Origin: Felis catus
Lineage: Eukaryota
Reading direction: 5' to 3'
DNA: 64,000 bases
NCBI RefSeq assembly: GCF_018350175.1
Contig: NC_058369.1
Coordinates: 6,946,001 to 7,010,000, forward strand
Shown here: one piece after another, positions 61,159 to 64,000 of the stretch
How positions within the stretch are numbered: the first letter of the stretch is position 1
Layout: the number at the start of each line of letters is the position of its first letter
Made by a program: the position numbers and the translations under genes
The notes under the pieces: generated by a model
The model's database searches: none
Told to the model about the DNA's origin: nothing
Seen by the model: the letters and a program-made list of their open reading frames with translations, nothing else

Positions 61159-63511
61159 ACTGGTTATTGGCTTAAGCTGCTTTGGATATTTCATTGTTTA
61201 TGAATTTAATGATTTTTTATTGGTGGGGGAGGGTTCTGTTACTCCCAAGTGGATGCGACCTGTAATACGTGCATCGAGTCATTGGTAAGGTTTTATAGCT
61301 GCTGTGTGTGGACACAATCTGCTTATACTTTTAATTGTTGAATATGAGTTTGTTTCTTGTTTTTTTTTTTACATCTTTAATCCATGTTTTAAAATTGTGT
61401 TTCAAGTCTCCGATACGCTTAAGTATTGATTTTCTTGACTTGAAGTGTCTCAGTCTTTACAGAAGCCCCAAGAAGCAGATACCATCACGATCTCCCTTTT
61501 GCATAAGGAGAATCTAAGGCAAGCAAGATTAGGTTGCTTGTCTGAGTTCAGCCCACAAACAGGTAGTAGTGCTTCTGTGTCGGTCCCTGTTCTGTCTGTG
61601 CCCCACATCTGTAGCAGCAAATTGGGATTTTTGCCTTCACGGTGCTTTCTTTCCGCTTAGGGTAAGGCACCCCATAAACAAATGAGTCCGTAAATACATT
61701 GTATACTGCAGGGTGGTTAACGCAGTGGAGGAAAAGCTAAGCATGGTGATGATGAGACAGAATGTGGGGGTTCAGAGCTGTTGGGTGGGTGGGGAAAGCC
61801 TTCACCTTAGGGGGCATTTGAGCAGAGATGTAAACTGACAGCACCATGTTGTAATCTGGGGTGGAGCCCCCTTGGCAGTTCAAAGGCCATGAAAAAAAAA
61901 ACAACTGCTTGGGACACATGCAGTAGCACGGGGGCCAGTGGAGCAAGCCTGGGAGTCCCAAGACGAGGCTAGAGCTGGGTCAGGGTGCCGGTCATGGGGG
62001 CACCCTATGGATTTCCTGGAAGGACTTTGCCTTGTATTCTCCCATGTCGTGGGAAGTCAGTGGAGGGTTTTGAGCAGAGGGGTTGGCAACTAATTTCTGA
62101 ATCGCTGGCTTCTGGGTTGACAGGTTAAGGAAGGACAAGGGCACAAACAGGGCCATTAGAAAGCTCTTGCAGAATTCAGGGTAGATACAGTGGTGGCCAG
62201 CTGAGTAGTAGCGGGGGAGGCTCGAGGATCCCATTGATGAACGTAGTGGCAATTTTCATTTCCAGATAGTGGCCTTTTGTATTCCCCTGCAGCGTACCTT
62301 TTCTGTTGCTGGTATACAGTTTGTGATTCCCGTTCTTCCCAGTTGTGAACAATGCTGCTTTAAGAAGTTGGGTCCGCGCTTTCTGGAGCATCGGTGAGTT
62401 ATTCCAGGAGCGTGAATTGCTGGGTTGTGAGGTCTGTGCGTGTTCAGCTTACCGGTATGAACACCAAAGTCATTTCTGCAGTGGTTGTGTAAGGCTCGGG
62501 ATGTGTGCATGTGGTAACAGTTGAAACAAGGTCTACTGAAGCGCACAGGGGTTCTTAATCCACACATGTACAGCTGCGTTATTACACCGAGCAAATCCAT
62601 GTAATCACCAGACAAAAAACACTACCAGGGTAGCTGATACCCTTTCTTGCATATGCAGGTGGCAAACCCGTCCCTAGTCTCCACAGGTAACCGGTGTTCT
62701 GACTGACGGCATGGCTTGGGTTGTTTTCAAACTCTGTACAAATGGAACCGAACAGGGTGTGTTCTTTTGTGTCTGTCTGATTTTGCCCAGTATTTCTGTT
62801 AAATTGACCCTTATTATTTAGAGTATCTCTAAGTACATTTTTGTGTGTGTTCTGTTTGCATATTCCACAGTTATTTAAGTACTTTGTGTCGGTTTACATT
62901 TCACGTTTCAGTTTGGGGCTCTTGTGAATAATGCTGCTATGGACACACTTTAACGTTTCTGATGGTGCACAGGTGCATGTATTTCTCTTGGGTCTGTGCC
63001 CTGGACTGAAATTTATGGGTCGAGTGGGGTGCATATGTTTATTCTTTGTACATGATGCCAATTTTCCAAAGTGGTTGTGCAACTTTGTTTTGCAACAAGC
63101 TATTTTATGACATTGGATAGGATGCTGAAGTTGCCTGCCTTTTTCTTCCTGTGATTTATATTTTCCACGTATATATTCCACAAAACTCTGGATGAGTTTT
63201 GTACATACCTTCTCCCACTCTGGTGTGTGTCTCCAGTGTTCTAATAGGTGTATTTTCATGAGATGAGTTAATTTTAATGTCCTTGAATCTTTATGGACAG
63301 CACTCTTCTGTACCCGTGTAAGAAATATTTGCCTACCCAGAAGGCAGGATGACATTCTATAATTTCTTCTGCAAGTTGTTTTTTCCTTTAATATATATAC
63401 CTTTAGATCTACAGTCATGTGAGATTGATTTTTGTGTGTGTTGTGTGAGGTAAGATTAAGTTTTATTTTTTCCATATTAACCCAGCATTATTTACATAAA
63501 AAGTATATCTT

Positions 63512-63935
63512 GGGGCACCTGGGTGGCTTAGTTAGTTAAGCATCTGACTCTTGATTTTAGCTCAAGTCATGATCTCATGGTTGGTGAGTTTGAGCTTTGT
63601 ATCAGTCTGCTGAGTGTGGAGCCTGCTTGGGATTCTCTCTCTGTCTTTTCCCTGCTCATGCTCGCTCACTCGCTCTCTCTCTGTCTCCCCCCCCCCCCTT
63701 CCCCTGCTCATGCACTCTCTCACAATAAATGAATAAGATGCCTGAGTGACCAGTCAGTGAAGCAGTGGACTCTTGATTTCAGCGCAGGTAATGATCTTGA
63801 AATTCATGGGATTGAGCCCCACATCAGGTTCCTTGCTGACACTGTGCAAAGTCGGCTTCTGATTCTCCCTTTATCTCTGCCCCTCCCCCTCTCATGCTTG
63901 CCCTCTCTCAAATAAGTAAACATTAAAAAAAAAAG
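63512..63935 (+). mobile_element. Two tandem Can-SINEs
   Basis: SINE heads near 63512 and 63738, with (CT)n and A tails. Confidence 0.88.
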
Positions 63936-64000
63936 TATGTGTTTGCCCTAGGAATTTGAGATGTTACCTTTGTCGTGTGTGTGTGTACACACACACGCAC

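Noticed and set aside
62894..63475. 193-aa minus-strand ORF as a gene
   Set aside because: Lies in decayed old L1 sequence and has no recognisable domain or splice support.

Overview
Mammalian genomic DNA, almost certainly from a felid, judged from the dense Can-SINE/SINEC_Fc-type repeats and carnivore L1s. The gene content matches the OR7/KRAB-ZNF cluster that lies at 19p13.2 in human. It holds three genes. (1) An apparently intact, unnamed minus-strand KRAB-A/B C2H2 gene: six coding exons from 18716 down to 10101, 614 aa, 12 intact plus about 5 degenerate fingers, and apparently a ZNF317 paralog. (2) An intact family-7 olfactory receptor at 32904-33842 (+). (3) ZNF317 (+): six coding exons from 54167 to 59467, 597 aa, 13 fingers, with a CpG-rich promoter near 42.6 kb. 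The rest is mostly SINEs, L1/L2, solo LTRs, hAT elements, microsatellites, a 3x70-bp tandem repeat and a 35-nt U2 retro-fragment. The most interesting signals are: a homologous pair of homeodomain + O/E OR-type promoter/first-exon blocks on opposite strands; evidence that the last intron of both ZNF genes is former coding sequence; a frameshifted fossil 14th finger forming the ZNF317 C-terminus; and a multi-cycle templated insertion inside an L1. I see no convincing wholly new biological system. Repeat-family names are from recall of consensus sequences, their boundaries are approximate, and only a subset of the roughly 60 SINEs is listed.
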